From positions 218 through 64,217 of the forward strand of contig DATEGB010000006.1 of assembly GCA_035280365.1 (NCBI GenBank): DNA of 64,000 nt, written 5' to 3'. Shown here one piece after another: positions 24,093 through 32,282 of this stretch; the stretch's first letter is position 1; each line of letters starts with the position of its first letter. The position numbers and the translations under genes are program-made. The stretch comes from Candidatus Dormiibacterota bacterium. Its GTDB lineage: Bacteria; Chloroflexota; Dormibacteria; Dormibacterales; Dormibacteraceae. The notes beneath the pieces were generated by a model. That model ran no database searches and was not told where the DNA came from. It was given only the letters and a program-made list of their open reading frames with translations.

Positions 24093-24644
24093 GTGACGGA
24101 GGCCGTGCAGCTCGATCCCAAGACGCAGTTTCGCCAGCTGTACGACCAGGAGTACGCGTCCGTGTATCGCGCGATCCGCGCCGTCGTCCTGGAGTCCGCC
24201 GCGGCGGAGGACCTGACCCAGGAGACGTTCGTCCGCGCCTACCGCGCGCGCAACCGCTATCAACCGACGGCGCCGCCGGGCGCATGGTTGCGCCGGATCG
24301 GTGTCAACCTCGCCATCTCGCACCTCAGACGCCAGAAGCTGGCCCGCTTCCTGCCCGCCCGCCTCTACGTCGCGCCGGACCGGCGCGAATACGACCGGGC
24401 GGAGGCGCGCGATGTCGTCGAGAAGGCCCTCGCCGCCCTAAGCCCCAAGCTCCGTGCCGCGGTCGTCCTTCATTACTACGAAGGGCTGACCCGCGAGGAG
24501 ATCGCGGAGGTGCTCGGCGTGCCGGCGGGGACGGTGGCGTCGAGGATCGCCAAGGCGGTGGCGATCATGCGCAAGACGATGGGGAGCGACCACCAGAGCG
24601 CGACCGCGCGTTCGAGAAGTGAAGGTGCCCTACGTGGAAGATAA
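24093..24644 (+). CDS. ECF-type RNA polymerase sigma factor
   Basis: Region 2 (AEDLTQETFVRAY, WLRRIGVNL) and region 4 (LSPKLRAAVVLHYYEGLTREEIAEVLGVPAGTVASRI) are present. GTG 24093 is preferred over TTG 24060, which lies inside the hairpin loop. Confidence 0.85.
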   Translation: MTEAVQLDPKTQFRQLYDQEYASVYRAIRAVVLESAAAEDLTQETFVRAYRARNRYQPTAPPGAWLRRIGVNLAISHLRRQKLARFLPARLYVAPDRREYDRAEARDVVEKALAALSPKLRAAVVLHYYEGLTREEIAEVLGVPAGTVASRIAKAVAIMRKTMGSDHQSATARSRSEGALRGR

Positions 24645-24906
24645 AGCCACTCAGGGAGGGGTCAGCGCGCCCTCCGAAGCAGAAGTCAGCCGGATGGTCC
24701 GGGCAGAGGTCGAAACCTGGAAACCCCGGCGTGGCCCGGACTGGTCGGACATGATGATCCGTCTTGCCGCCGCCGGGCCGTCGCCGTGGGTGGCGTACCC
24801 GGTGGCCAGCGCGGCCCTGGTGATCATCCTCTTCACCGCGTTCCTGGTCGGCTCCTGGCTGCAGGTCGGCGCCCTCGCGCCCCAGCCGTCGAGCTTCCAC
24901 CACTAA
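24619..24906 (+). CDS. Putative single-pass anti-sigma factor
   Basis: A 95-aa ORF that overlaps the sigma gene end by 26 nt, with one TM helix (VAYPVASAALVIILFTAFLVG). The call rests on position only. Confidence 0.5.
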   Translation: MKVPYVEDKATQGGVSAPSEAEVSRMVRAEVETWKPRRGPDWSDMMIRLAAAGPSPWVAYPVASAALVIILFTAFLVGSWLQVGALAPQPSSFHH

Positions 24907-25856
24907 GCGAGGAACTCGATCTCCTCGTAGGAGCCCCGCTGGCGCGCCGTCGCGACCACGACGCTGGCCGCGGCCAGGTCCCACAAGGCAAGCCCGTGCG
25001 ACTCGAAAAGGGTGATCCCCGGCCGGTCGGGGCGCTCCCAGCGGCCGGCGACGACGGCGCCGAGCTCGACCGCCTGCGCCCAGTCGAACTTTCCCGCCTC
25101 CGCGGCCTGGATCAGGTCCCCGCTCTCCAGCTCGGCAGTCGCCAGCTGATCGACCACCACCGTCTGCGCGCGCTCGACCAGCTCGGGCGGCAGCTCCGCG
25201 CGGTTGCGGAAGTTCGACCCCACGGCGGCGATCAGCGCGTGCGGCTCGACCCAGTCGGCGTCGATCACCGGCGAGTGGCTGGTCGTGCAGGTCACCACCA
25301 GGTCGGCGCCGACCACCGCCGCCTCGGCCGTGGCGGCATCCACCGTCCTTACGCCCAGCTGCTCGGCCTGCTCCTGGGCGAACATCGCGCGGCGCTCCGC
25401 GTTGCGGCTGAAGACGCGCAACTCCTCGACCTCGACCACGCGAGAGAGGGCCAGCGCCTGAGTGGCCGCCTGCCAGCCGGTGCCGACGAGCGCGATCTTC
25501 GACGGACGCGCGGCGCCCAGCATCCTGGCGGCGACGGCGGTCGCGGCGCCCGTCCGGTAGGCGCCCATGAAGTCTGCTTCGACCAGGGCTTCGAGCGCGC
25601 CGTCGAGCGTGAACACTGCGACCATGAAGCGGACGCGGCCGTTGCTCACGGTGTAGCCCTTTAGCCCGGTGCACCTGCCGCCTGGGTAGGATGCGAACAT
25701 CACGTTGAGCAGGCCGCCCGGGGCGAAGGCCCGCCGCCGGGGCTCGTTCTGCGCCTCGCCTTCGCCGAGTTCGCGCATGGCGTTCTCCACCGCGCCGATC
25801 ACGTCGTCCATCTCGATCAGGTCCTGGACGTCGCTCTCGCGCAGGATCAACGCCAC
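24903..25856 (-). CDS. Ornithine cyclodeaminase/mu-crystallin family protein
   Basis: LILRESDV N-terminus and Rossmann motif VGTGWQA. The 724-aa track ORF was trimmed to GTG 25856 because the rest is antisense to hom. Confidence 0.85.
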   Translation of the reverse strand: MALILRESDVQDLIEMDDVIGAVENAMRELGEGEAQNEPRRRAFAPGGLLNVMFASYPGGRCTGLKGYTVSNGRVRFMVAVFTLDGALEALVEADFMGAYRTGAATAVAARMLGAARPSKIALVGTGWQAATQALALSRVVEVEELRVFSRNAERRAMFAQEQAEQLGVRTVDAATAEAAVVGADLVVTCTTSHSPVIDADWVEPHALIAAVGSNFRNRAELPPELVERAQTVVVDQLATAELESGDLIQAAEAGKFDWAQAVELGAVVAGRWERPDRPGITLFESHGLALWDLAAASVVVATARQRGSYEEIEFLA

Positions 25857-25880
25857 GAAACGGGAGAATAGCGACCTGCG

Positions 25881-27170
25881 ATGACGCGCCCTCTCACCGT
25901 CGGCCTGATCGGACTCGGCACGGTCGGCTCCCAGGTGGCCGACCGGATGCTGTCCTGGGGCCCGCAGCTGTCCCGCCGCGCGGGCGTCGAGCTGTGTCTG
26001 AAGAAGGTTCTTGTCCGCGACGTCAACAAGCGCCGCCGGCTCGAGGTCCCGCCCGAGCTGCTCACCGCAGACGCGTCCGAGCTCCTGGACGACGCCTCGA
26101 TCGAGGTCCTCATCGAGGTCGCGGGTGGCGACGAGCCGATGCGCTCCTACATCGAACGCGCCATCCAGACAGGCAAGCATGTGATCACCGCGAACAAGGT
26201 CGTGATGGCCAAGTACGGGCCCGAGCTCCTCGACCTGGCCGCCGAGAAGAACGTCGACGTCTACTTCGAGGCCGCCGTCGGCGGCGGCATCCCGTTGATC
26301 AGCACGTTCCGCGTCGACCTGCAAGCCAACCGCATCGAACGCGTGTCGGCGGTGATCAACGGCACGACCAACTACGTCCTCGGGCGGATGGCGTCGGTAG
26401 GCCTGACGATGGCCGACGCCGTGCGCGAGGCGCAGGACGCCGGCTACGCCGAGGCTGACCCCACCGACGACATCGGCGGCTTCGACGCCACGTACAAACT
26501 CGCCATCCTCGCCTCCATCGCCTATGAGATCAAGGTCCGGCCGCGCGAGATCTATCGCGAGGGCATCGAGAGCGTCGAGCCGGTCGACTTCCGCTACGCG
26601 CGCGAGCTCGGTTACGCGATCAAGCTCGTGGCCCACACGCAGCGCCACACCGGCCGCGTCGAGGCCCGCGTGCACCCGGCGATGGTGCCGCTCGACCACC
26701 CGCTCGCGCGGGTGGAGGGCGCGGAGAACGCCGTCTTCGTCGAGGGCGACCTCGTCGGCCAGGTGCTGCTGGTCGGCCAGGGCGCCGGCGGCCGGCCGAC
26801 TGCATCGGCGGTCGTCGGCGACCTGATCGACCTTTCTCGCTCCATCCGCCGCGGCGTCCAGAACCGGCCGTCGTTCAGCTTCGACGACCGCGTCGGCGTG
26901 GTGCCGATCGGAGAGGTCAGGACGCGGGCCTACTACCGGATCCAGGCCGAGGACAGGCCCGGCGTCGTGGCCGCCGTGGGACAGGTCTTCGCCGAGGAGG
27001 GCGTGAGCATCTCGAGCTTCATCCAGAAGGACGCGTTCTCGCACGACCAGACCGCGGAGTTGGTGATCACGACGCACCCGACGCTGGACGCGAGCCTCCA
27101 GCGCGCGAGGGAGAAGATGGCCGCGCTCGAGCCCGTCCGCTCGGTGTCCTCATTCCTTCGCGTCTTCTAA
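25881..27170 (+). CDS. hom: Homoserine dehydrogenase
   Basis: N-terminal GLIGLGTVG NAD-binding motif, a catalytic core, and a C-terminal ACT-like domain. Confidence 0.95.
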   Translation: MTRPLTVGLIGLGTVGSQVADRMLSWGPQLSRRAGVELCLKKVLVRDVNKRRRLEVPPELLTADASELLDDASIEVLIEVAGGDEPMRSYIERAIQTGKHVITANKVVMAKYGPELLDLAAEKNVDVYFEAAVGGGIPLISTFRVDLQANRIERVSAVINGTTNYVLGRMASVGLTMADAVREAQDAGYAEADPTDDIGGFDATYKLAILASIAYEIKVRPREIYREGIESVEPVDFRYARELGYAIKLVAHTQRHTGRVEARVHPAMVPLDHPLARVEGAENAVFVEGDLVGQVLLVGQGAGGRPTASAVVGDLIDLSRSIRRGVQNRPSFSFDDRVGVVPIGEVRTRAYYRIQAEDRPGVVAAVGQVFAEEGVSISSFIQKDAFSHDQTAELVITTHPTLDASLQRAREKMAALEPVRSVSSFLRVF

Positions 27171-27181
27171 AGGAGAGGTGC

Positions 27182-28225
27182 GTGGGCGTCATCGCTCGCT
27201 ACCGCGAGCACCTGCCCGTCGGCCCCTCGACGCCGGAGGTCGACCTTAACGAGGGCTCGACGCCTTTGATCCCCAGCCGGAACATCGGCCGCGCGCTCGG
27301 GCTGAAGCACCTCTACTTCAAGTACGAGGGTCTGAACCCGACCGGGTCGTTCAAGGACCGCGGCATGGTCGTGGCGGTCGCCAAGGCCCTCGAGTCGGGC
27401 AGCCGCGTCTTCATGTGCGCGTCGACGGGCAACACCTCGGCATCGATGGCCGCCTACGCGGCGCGCACCGGCGCGCGGGCGATCGTCGTCGTGCCCTCGG
27501 GCGAGATCGCTCTCAACAAGTTGTCGCAGGCGCTCATGTACGGCGCCAAGGTGGTCGCGCTGAAGGGCAACTTCGACCACGCGCTGGAGACGGTCCGCGA
27601 CCTGACGAGCAAATACCCTGTCGCGCTGATGAACTCGGTCAACCCCCATCGCATCGCCGGGCAGAAGACCGCCGCGTTCGAGATCGTCGACGAGCTGGGC
27701 GACGCGCCGGACTACCTCGTCCTGCCGGTGGGCAACGCCGGCAACATCACGGCCTACTGGAAGGGCTTCCGCGAATACCAGGCCGCGGGCCGCGCGACAC
27801 GCCTGCCGCGCATGGTGGGAGCCCAGGCGGAGGGCGCGGCGCCGATCGTCACCGGATCGCCGGTCGCCAACCCGAAGACGGTGGCGTCGGCGATCCGCAT
27901 CGGCAACCCGGCGTCGTGGGAAGGCGCAACCTCGGCGCGCGACGAGTCGGGCGGGATGATCGCCGCCGTCACCGACACCGAGATCCTCGGCGCGCAGATC
28001 CGGCTCGCGGGCAGCGAGGGGTTGTTCGCCGAGCCCGCGTCGGCCGCACCGCTCGCCCTGCTGTTCCGGCTCGTGCGCGACGGCACGGTCGAAAAGGACG
28101 CAGTCACGGTGGTCGTGCTGACCGGTTCAGGCCTGAAAGACCCCGACGCGGCGCTGAAAAACGTCGAACCGCCCATCGAGCTGGACGGAGACGCCCGCAC
28201 ACTCGCTAAGGTCTTGAAGCTGTAG
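27182..28225 (+). CDS. thrC: Threonine synthase
   Basis: PLP-lysine context NPTGSFKDRG. An AAGGAGAGG Shine-Dalgarno precedes the GTG. Confidence 0.95.
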   Translation: MGVIARYREHLPVGPSTPEVDLNEGSTPLIPSRNIGRALGLKHLYFKYEGLNPTGSFKDRGMVVAVAKALESGSRVFMCASTGNTSASMAAYAARTGARAIVVVPSGEIALNKLSQALMYGAKVVALKGNFDHALETVRDLTSKYPVALMNSVNPHRIAGQKTAAFEIVDELGDAPDYLVLPVGNAGNITAYWKGFREYQAAGRATRLPRMVGAQAEGAAPIVTGSPVANPKTVASAIRIGNPASWEGATSARDESGGMIAAVTDTEILGAQIRLAGSEGLFAEPASAAPLALLFRLVRDGTVEKDAVTVVVLTGSGLKDPDAALKNVEPPIELDGDARTLAKVLKL

Positions 28226-29038
28226 ATGCGGATCAAGGTCCCAGCGTCGATCGCGAACATCGGCCCCGGCTTCGACTGCATGGCCATGGCGATCGACCTG
28301 TGGCTCGAGGTCGAGGCCAACGAGGCCGACAAACCCTCCTGGGACTACGAGGGGGAGGGCGCCGATTACCTGTACGCGCACGAGAACCCGTTCACGCGGC
28401 TGAACATGAAAGGCCGTGTCCGGAGCGACATCCCGATGGGTGTCGGTCTCGGGAGCAGCGCCGCCGCCCGCCTCGCCGCCTCAGCGCTGATGAGCCCGTG
28501 GGACGTGAAGAGCCACGTCGTCGACGCCGGCTCCGACGAGGGGCACTACGACAACGTGGCCGCGTCCGCCGCGGGCGGCATCAGGATCGTGTCCGAGAAG
28601 GTCGACGAGAAGCTGCCCAACCCCGGTTGGGGCATCGCGCTCTTCATCGCCCACCAGCCGCTGCCCACCGAGAAGGCCCGCTCGGTGCTGCCGGGAGACG
28701 TGCCGCTTGGCGACGCGACCTTCAACGCGGCGCGGACCGCGCTGCTGGTTCGCGCCATCGTCTCCAAGCGCGCGTCGTTGCTCGGCGAGGCGCTGCGCGA
28801 CCGCCTGCACCAGCCGCACCGCCTCCACCTCTACCCGTGGGTCGAAGAGGTGATCCACGTCGCCGAGGCCGCCGGTGCCTACGGCGCGGCGATCTGCGGC
28901 GCCGGCCCGAGCGTGTTCGCGTTCTGCGCCGCGTCCCAGGCGAACAGGATCGCCAACGCGATGGAGGAATCGCACCCGCTGCGGGGCCGCGCCCTGGTGA
29001 CGCGGATCACCGACAAGGGCATGTTTCGAACCTTGTGA
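28226..29038 (+). CDS. thrB: Homoserine kinase (short GHMP kinase)
   Basis: Contains IANIGPGFD and the GHMP motif PMGVGLGSSAA. It starts directly after the thrC stop. Confidence 0.85.
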   Translation: MRIKVPASIANIGPGFDCMAMAIDLWLEVEANEADKPSWDYEGEGADYLYAHENPFTRLNMKGRVRSDIPMGVGLGSSAAARLAASALMSPWDVKSHVVDAGSDEGHYDNVAASAAGGIRIVSEKVDEKLPNPGWGIALFIAHQPLPTEKARSVLPGDVPLGDATFNAARTALLVRAIVSKRASLLGEALRDRLHQPHRLHLYPWVEEVIHVAEAAGAYGAAICGAGPSVFAFCAASQANRIANAMEESHPLRGRALVTRITDKGMFRTL

Positions 29039-30246
29039 TCGTCCAGAAGTACGGCGGGACGTCGGTCGGCTCCGCCGCGCGCATCCGGCGGGTCAGCAAG
29101 CGCATCGCCGACACGGTGAAAGGGGGGACGCAGGTGGTCGCCGTCGTGTCGGCGATGGGCCACACGACCGACCGCCTGATCGCGCTCGCGGAGAGCGTGA
29201 ACCCCGAGCCGCCGGCGCGCGAGCTCGACATGCTTGTCGCCAACGGGGAGACCATCACCGCGCCGCTCGTCGCCATGTGCCTGCAGGGCATGGGCGTGCC
29301 CGCCGTCTCGCTGTCCGGCGCGCAGGCCGGCGTGCGCACGAGCGAGCACCACTCGCGTGCACGCATCCGCGACATCAAGCCCGACCGGGTGCTGGAGGCG
29401 CTGCGCCGGAAGCAGGTGCCGGTTGTCGCCGGCTTCCAGGGCGTGACCGAAGAGCTCGAGATCACGACGCTCGGCCGTGGCGGGTCGGATACGACCGCCG
29501 TCGCGCTCGCTGCGGCGCTGGGCGCAGAGTCGTGCGAGATCTACACCGATGTCGACGGCATCTTCACCGCCGACCCGCGGGTCGTGAAGTCTGCGCGCAA
29601 GCTGAGCCACATCCAGTACGACGAGATGCTCGAGCTGGCCGCCGTCGGCGCGCGCGTCATGCACCCTCGCGCGGTCGAGATCGGAGAGCTCTACAACGTG
29701 CCGATCCACGTGCGGTCGAGCTTTCATAGGGGCCTGGGTACGATGATCGTCGCCCAGATTCCGATGGAAGACCGCCAGCGCGTGCGCGGCATCGCGCAGG
29801 AGACGAACGTCGCGAAGATCACCATCGTCGGCGTCCGCGACCGCCCTGGCGTCGCGGCCACGATCTTCGAACCGCTGAGCGCCGCGGGCATCTCGGTCGA
29901 CGTCATCGTCCAGAACATCGGCCGCTCGGGCCACACCGACCTGACGTTCTCGGTCGCCGAGTCGGACCTCAAGGCGGCGGAGAAGCTCGTCAAGGCGTCG
30001 GCGAAAGAAGTCGGCGCGACGCGTGTCTCTTCGGCGGGCGGAATCGCGAAGCTTTCGATCGTCGGCACGGGAATGCTCGGCACCCCGGGCATCGCGGCGC
30101 GGATGTTTCGCGCCCTCGCCGACGCCGGGATAAACATCGAGATGATCAGCACCTCCGAGATCCGCATCACGTGCCTGGTGGCGCGCGACCAGGTCGACAA
30201 GGGCGCCCGCGTCCTGCACAAAGCGTTCGACCTGGATATCGAATAG
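29035..30246 (+). CDS. lysC: Aspartate kinase
   Basis: VQKYGGTSVG N-terminus with two C-terminal ACT domains. The GTG start overlaps the thrB stop (GTGA). Confidence 0.95.
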   Translation: MIVQKYGGTSVGSAARIRRVSKRIADTVKGGTQVVAVVSAMGHTTDRLIALAESVNPEPPARELDMLVANGETITAPLVAMCLQGMGVPAVSLSGAQAGVRTSEHHSRARIRDIKPDRVLEALRRKQVPVVAGFQGVTEELEITTLGRGGSDTTAVALAAALGAESCEIYTDVDGIFTADPRVVKSARKLSHIQYDEMLELAAVGARVMHPRAVEIGELYNVPIHVRSSFHRGLGTMIVAQIPMEDRQRVRGIAQETNVAKITIVGVRDRPGVAATIFEPLSAAGISVDVIVQNIGRSGHTDLTFSVAESDLKAAEKLVKASAKEVGATRVSSAGGIAKLSIVGTGMLGTPGIAARMFRALADAGINIEMISTSEIRITCLVARDQVDKGARVLHKAFDLDIE

Positions 30247-31263
30247 GTGCCTGTCAATGTCGCGATCGTCGGCCCGCTGGGGGCCGGCAAGACCACGCTG
30301 TTCATCGCCCTGACATCGGGCCGCGGCGCGGACGGGGTCGGCATGGTCGACATCCCCGACCACAGGCTCGACCGCCTCTCCGAGGCGGTGCACCCGGCCA
30401 AGACCACGCCCGCCCAGGTCCGCGTCGAGGACTCGCCGCCGGGCAGCCGCGCCCAGCGCGTGGCGTTCGCTCGTCAGGCCGACGTGCTCCTCAAGGTCGC
30501 GCGCTGCTTCGGCGCCGACCCCGACCCCGTCGCCGACCTGCGAGAGTTCGCCCTCGACCTGGTGCTCGCCGACCTGGCCTCGGTGGAGAAGCGCCTCGAC
30601 GTGGTGGGCAAGGAGGCGCGCGCCGGGAAGAAGGACGCGGCCGCGGAGACCGAAGTCCTGACCGCGGCGAAGCAGCACCTCGACGCCGGGCAGCAGCTGC
30701 GGACGCTCGGCCTCGAGCGCGAGCAGCGCGCCATGCTGCTCGGCATCTTCCCGGTCACGCTGAAGCCCGCGGTCTACGTCGCCAACGCGGCCGAGGAGCT
30801 GCTGTCTTCCGGTGGTGAGCCTGCGGGGAGGGTCGCGAGGCTGGCATCGGACGAAGGCACGCCATCGATCGCGCTGTCAGCGCGGCTCGAGGCGGAGCTC
30901 GCTGAGTTGGCGCCGGAGGAGCAGGCCGAGATGCGAGCCGGGTATGGGTTGACCTCCGAGTCGGGCCTCGACCGGATCGCGCGGGCGGTGTGGGAGGCGG
31001 GGGGCCTGATCACGTACTTCACCGCCGGCGAGCCTGAGGTCCGGGCCTGGCCCTGCGAGCGCGACGCGCCCGCGCCGGTCGCCGCGAGCAAGATCCACAC
31101 CGACTTCGAGAAGCACTTCATCCGGGCCGAGGTCACGTCGGTCGACGAGCTGGTCGCGGCGGGGTCCATGGACGCGCTGCGCGCGGCGGGCAGGCTGCGC
31201 GTCGAGGGGCGCGACTACCGGGTGAAGGACGGCGACGTCGTCTTCTTCCGCATCGGCCGCTAG
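30247..31263 (+). CDS. ychF: YchF/OLA1-like ATPase with divergent G domain
   Basis: The C-terminal YchF/TGS-like block (ITYFTAGEPEVRAWP...KIHTDFEKHFIRAEV...RDYRVKDGDVVFF) is clear. The P-loop is GPLGAGKT, and the G3 region is not canonical. Confidence 0.8.
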   Translation: MPVNVAIVGPLGAGKTTLFIALTSGRGADGVGMVDIPDHRLDRLSEAVHPAKTTPAQVRVEDSPPGSRAQRVAFARQADVLLKVARCFGADPDPVADLREFALDLVLADLASVEKRLDVVGKEARAGKKDAAAETEVLTAAKQHLDAGQQLRTLGLEREQRAMLLGIFPVTLKPAVYVANAAEELLSSGGEPAGRVARLASDEGTPSIALSARLEAELAELAPEEQAEMRAGYGLTSESGLDRIARAVWEAGGLITYFTAGEPEVRAWPCERDAPAPVAASKIHTDFEKHFIRAEVTSVDELVAAGSMDALRAAGRLRVEGRDYRVKDGDVVFFRIGR

Positions 31264-31267
31264 ACGG

Positions 31268-31657
31268 CTAGGGAACTCCGTACGCCGCGCGAGTCTGGCG
31301 GCGCAGGAGGAAGACGAAGATCGGGATGCCGACCAGGAGCAGCGACCACGCGCCCGCGACGATGACCGCCGCGACCCAGCCCCACGGCCGGAACCGCCGG
31401 AGGCCGTAGTACGCGGCCGCATGCAGGGCCCCGGCCGTGAGCTCGACGAAGGCGATGAGCACCGACTCGACGACCAGCATGGATCCCGCGTTGGAGGCGA
31501 AGCCGGCGTTGGCAAGCGTCTGCATCAGCTGCTGCCGCCCCACCGGGGCGGCGAGGACAGCCGCGAACTGCGTCAGCTCGATGAGCCAGAAAATCGCCCC
31601 GGCGGCGTAGAGGTAGGGTAGCCAGCGCAACCGGTTGCCAGGCGACGTTTCTTCCAT
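31268..31657 (-). CDS. Hypothetical membrane protein (about 4 TM helices)
   Basis: A hydrophobic 129-aa ORF with GC3 bias and no family recognised. Confidence 0.6.
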   Translation of the reverse strand: MEETSPGNRLRWLPYLYAAGAIFWLIELTQFAAVLAAPVGRQQLMQTLANAGFASNAGSMLVVESVLIAFVELTAGALHAAAYYGLRRFRPWGWVAAVIVAGAWSLLLVGIPIFVFLLRRQTRAAYGVP

Positions 31658-31663
31658 CAGGCC

Positions 31664-31692
31664 TTGACAGTCCCTACATTCGGGGTTATAAC
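31664..31692 (+). promoter_or_regulatory. Near-consensus promoter TTGACA-17-TATAAC
   Basis: A perfect -35, exact 17-nt spacer and a 5/6 -10. It lies 185 nt upstream of the next ATG. Confidence 0.6.
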
Positions 31693-31754
31693 TTCAGCCG
31701 GGACACAACATATCGTAGCCAACGTCTCAGCCCGGTTGAGTCCCACGGCCCAAC

Positions 31755-31827
31755 GACAGGCAGGCGGACCCCCTTCCCGAGTCGCACCCCACGACCCATA
31801 AACAGTTCCCCCAGCCGCCTGCCTGTC
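31755..31827 (+). other. 13-bp perfect inverted repeat enclosing a 47-nt C-rich loop
   Basis: GACAGGCAGGCGG (31755-31767) pairs with CCGCCTGCCTGTC (31815-31827). The loop contains ACCCCC, CACCCCAC and TTCCCCCA runs, plus an inner GTCG/CGAC mini-hairpin. Confidence 0.8.
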
Positions 31828-31876
31828 CTGCTCCTGGAAACGACCTCCCGCAAAGCGCCTCTAGACTTGCAGATCT

Positions 31877-32239
31877 ATGGGGCGCAAGGGCAAGAAGCGA
31901 GTCAAGGCGAAATACCGTCAGCCGATGCGGCCGCCCGGGCCGCTCACGCCGACCGGCACCTCCGGCGCCCAGGCCGGAGCCGCGCAGCGCAGCGTCTCCC
32001 AGGCGCGCGTGGGCGGGGACCAGGCCCTGGTGCGCGCGGTGGAGATGTCACTCGGCGCCCGCAACCAGATCATCAAGGGCCGCGGCGGCCGCTTCGTCGT
32101 CGAGTCGGCGGACCCGTCGATCCCCCTTGACCGCGTGCCTTACTTCACCAAGGACCTGGTCCGGCTTGTGGTCGTGGGCTCGGCCATGATCGTCATCCTG
32201 GCGGCCGGTTCTTTCGCGATCCCGCAGCTGGTCCACTAA
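31877..32239 (+). CDS. Hypothetical protein: basic N-terminus, C-terminal TM helix
   Basis: 120 aa with strong GC3 bias. TAGACT lies 9 nt upstream of the ATG, and there is no Shine-Dalgarno. Confidence 0.6.
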   Translation: MGRKGKKRVKAKYRQPMRPPGPLTPTGTSGAQAGAAQRSVSQARVGGDQALVRAVEMSLGARNQIIKGRGGRFVVESADPSIPLDRVPYFTKDLVRLVVVGSAMIVILAAGSFAIPQLVH

Positions 32240-32282
32240 CCCGGCGGAAGCCGCAGCTCGAAACGCTAGAGTTTCGACCGCT

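Noticed and set aside
25857-27077. The N-terminal 407-codon extension of the ornithine cyclodeaminase-family ORF (track ORF 24903..27077).
   Set aside because: The extension is antisense to homoserine dehydrogenase and has shadow-ORF composition. OCD-family similarity begins at LILRESDV, so the gene was trimmed to GTG 25856.
31697-31860. Assigning the promoter-driven non-coding stretch to 6S RNA, SRP RNA, tmRNA or a known riboswitch.
   Set aside because: The flanks of the 13-bp stem do not pair into the long irregular duplex of 6S RNA. There is no SRP domain IV consensus and no tRNA-like ends. I recognised no riboswitch core. It is kept only as an unassigned candidate.
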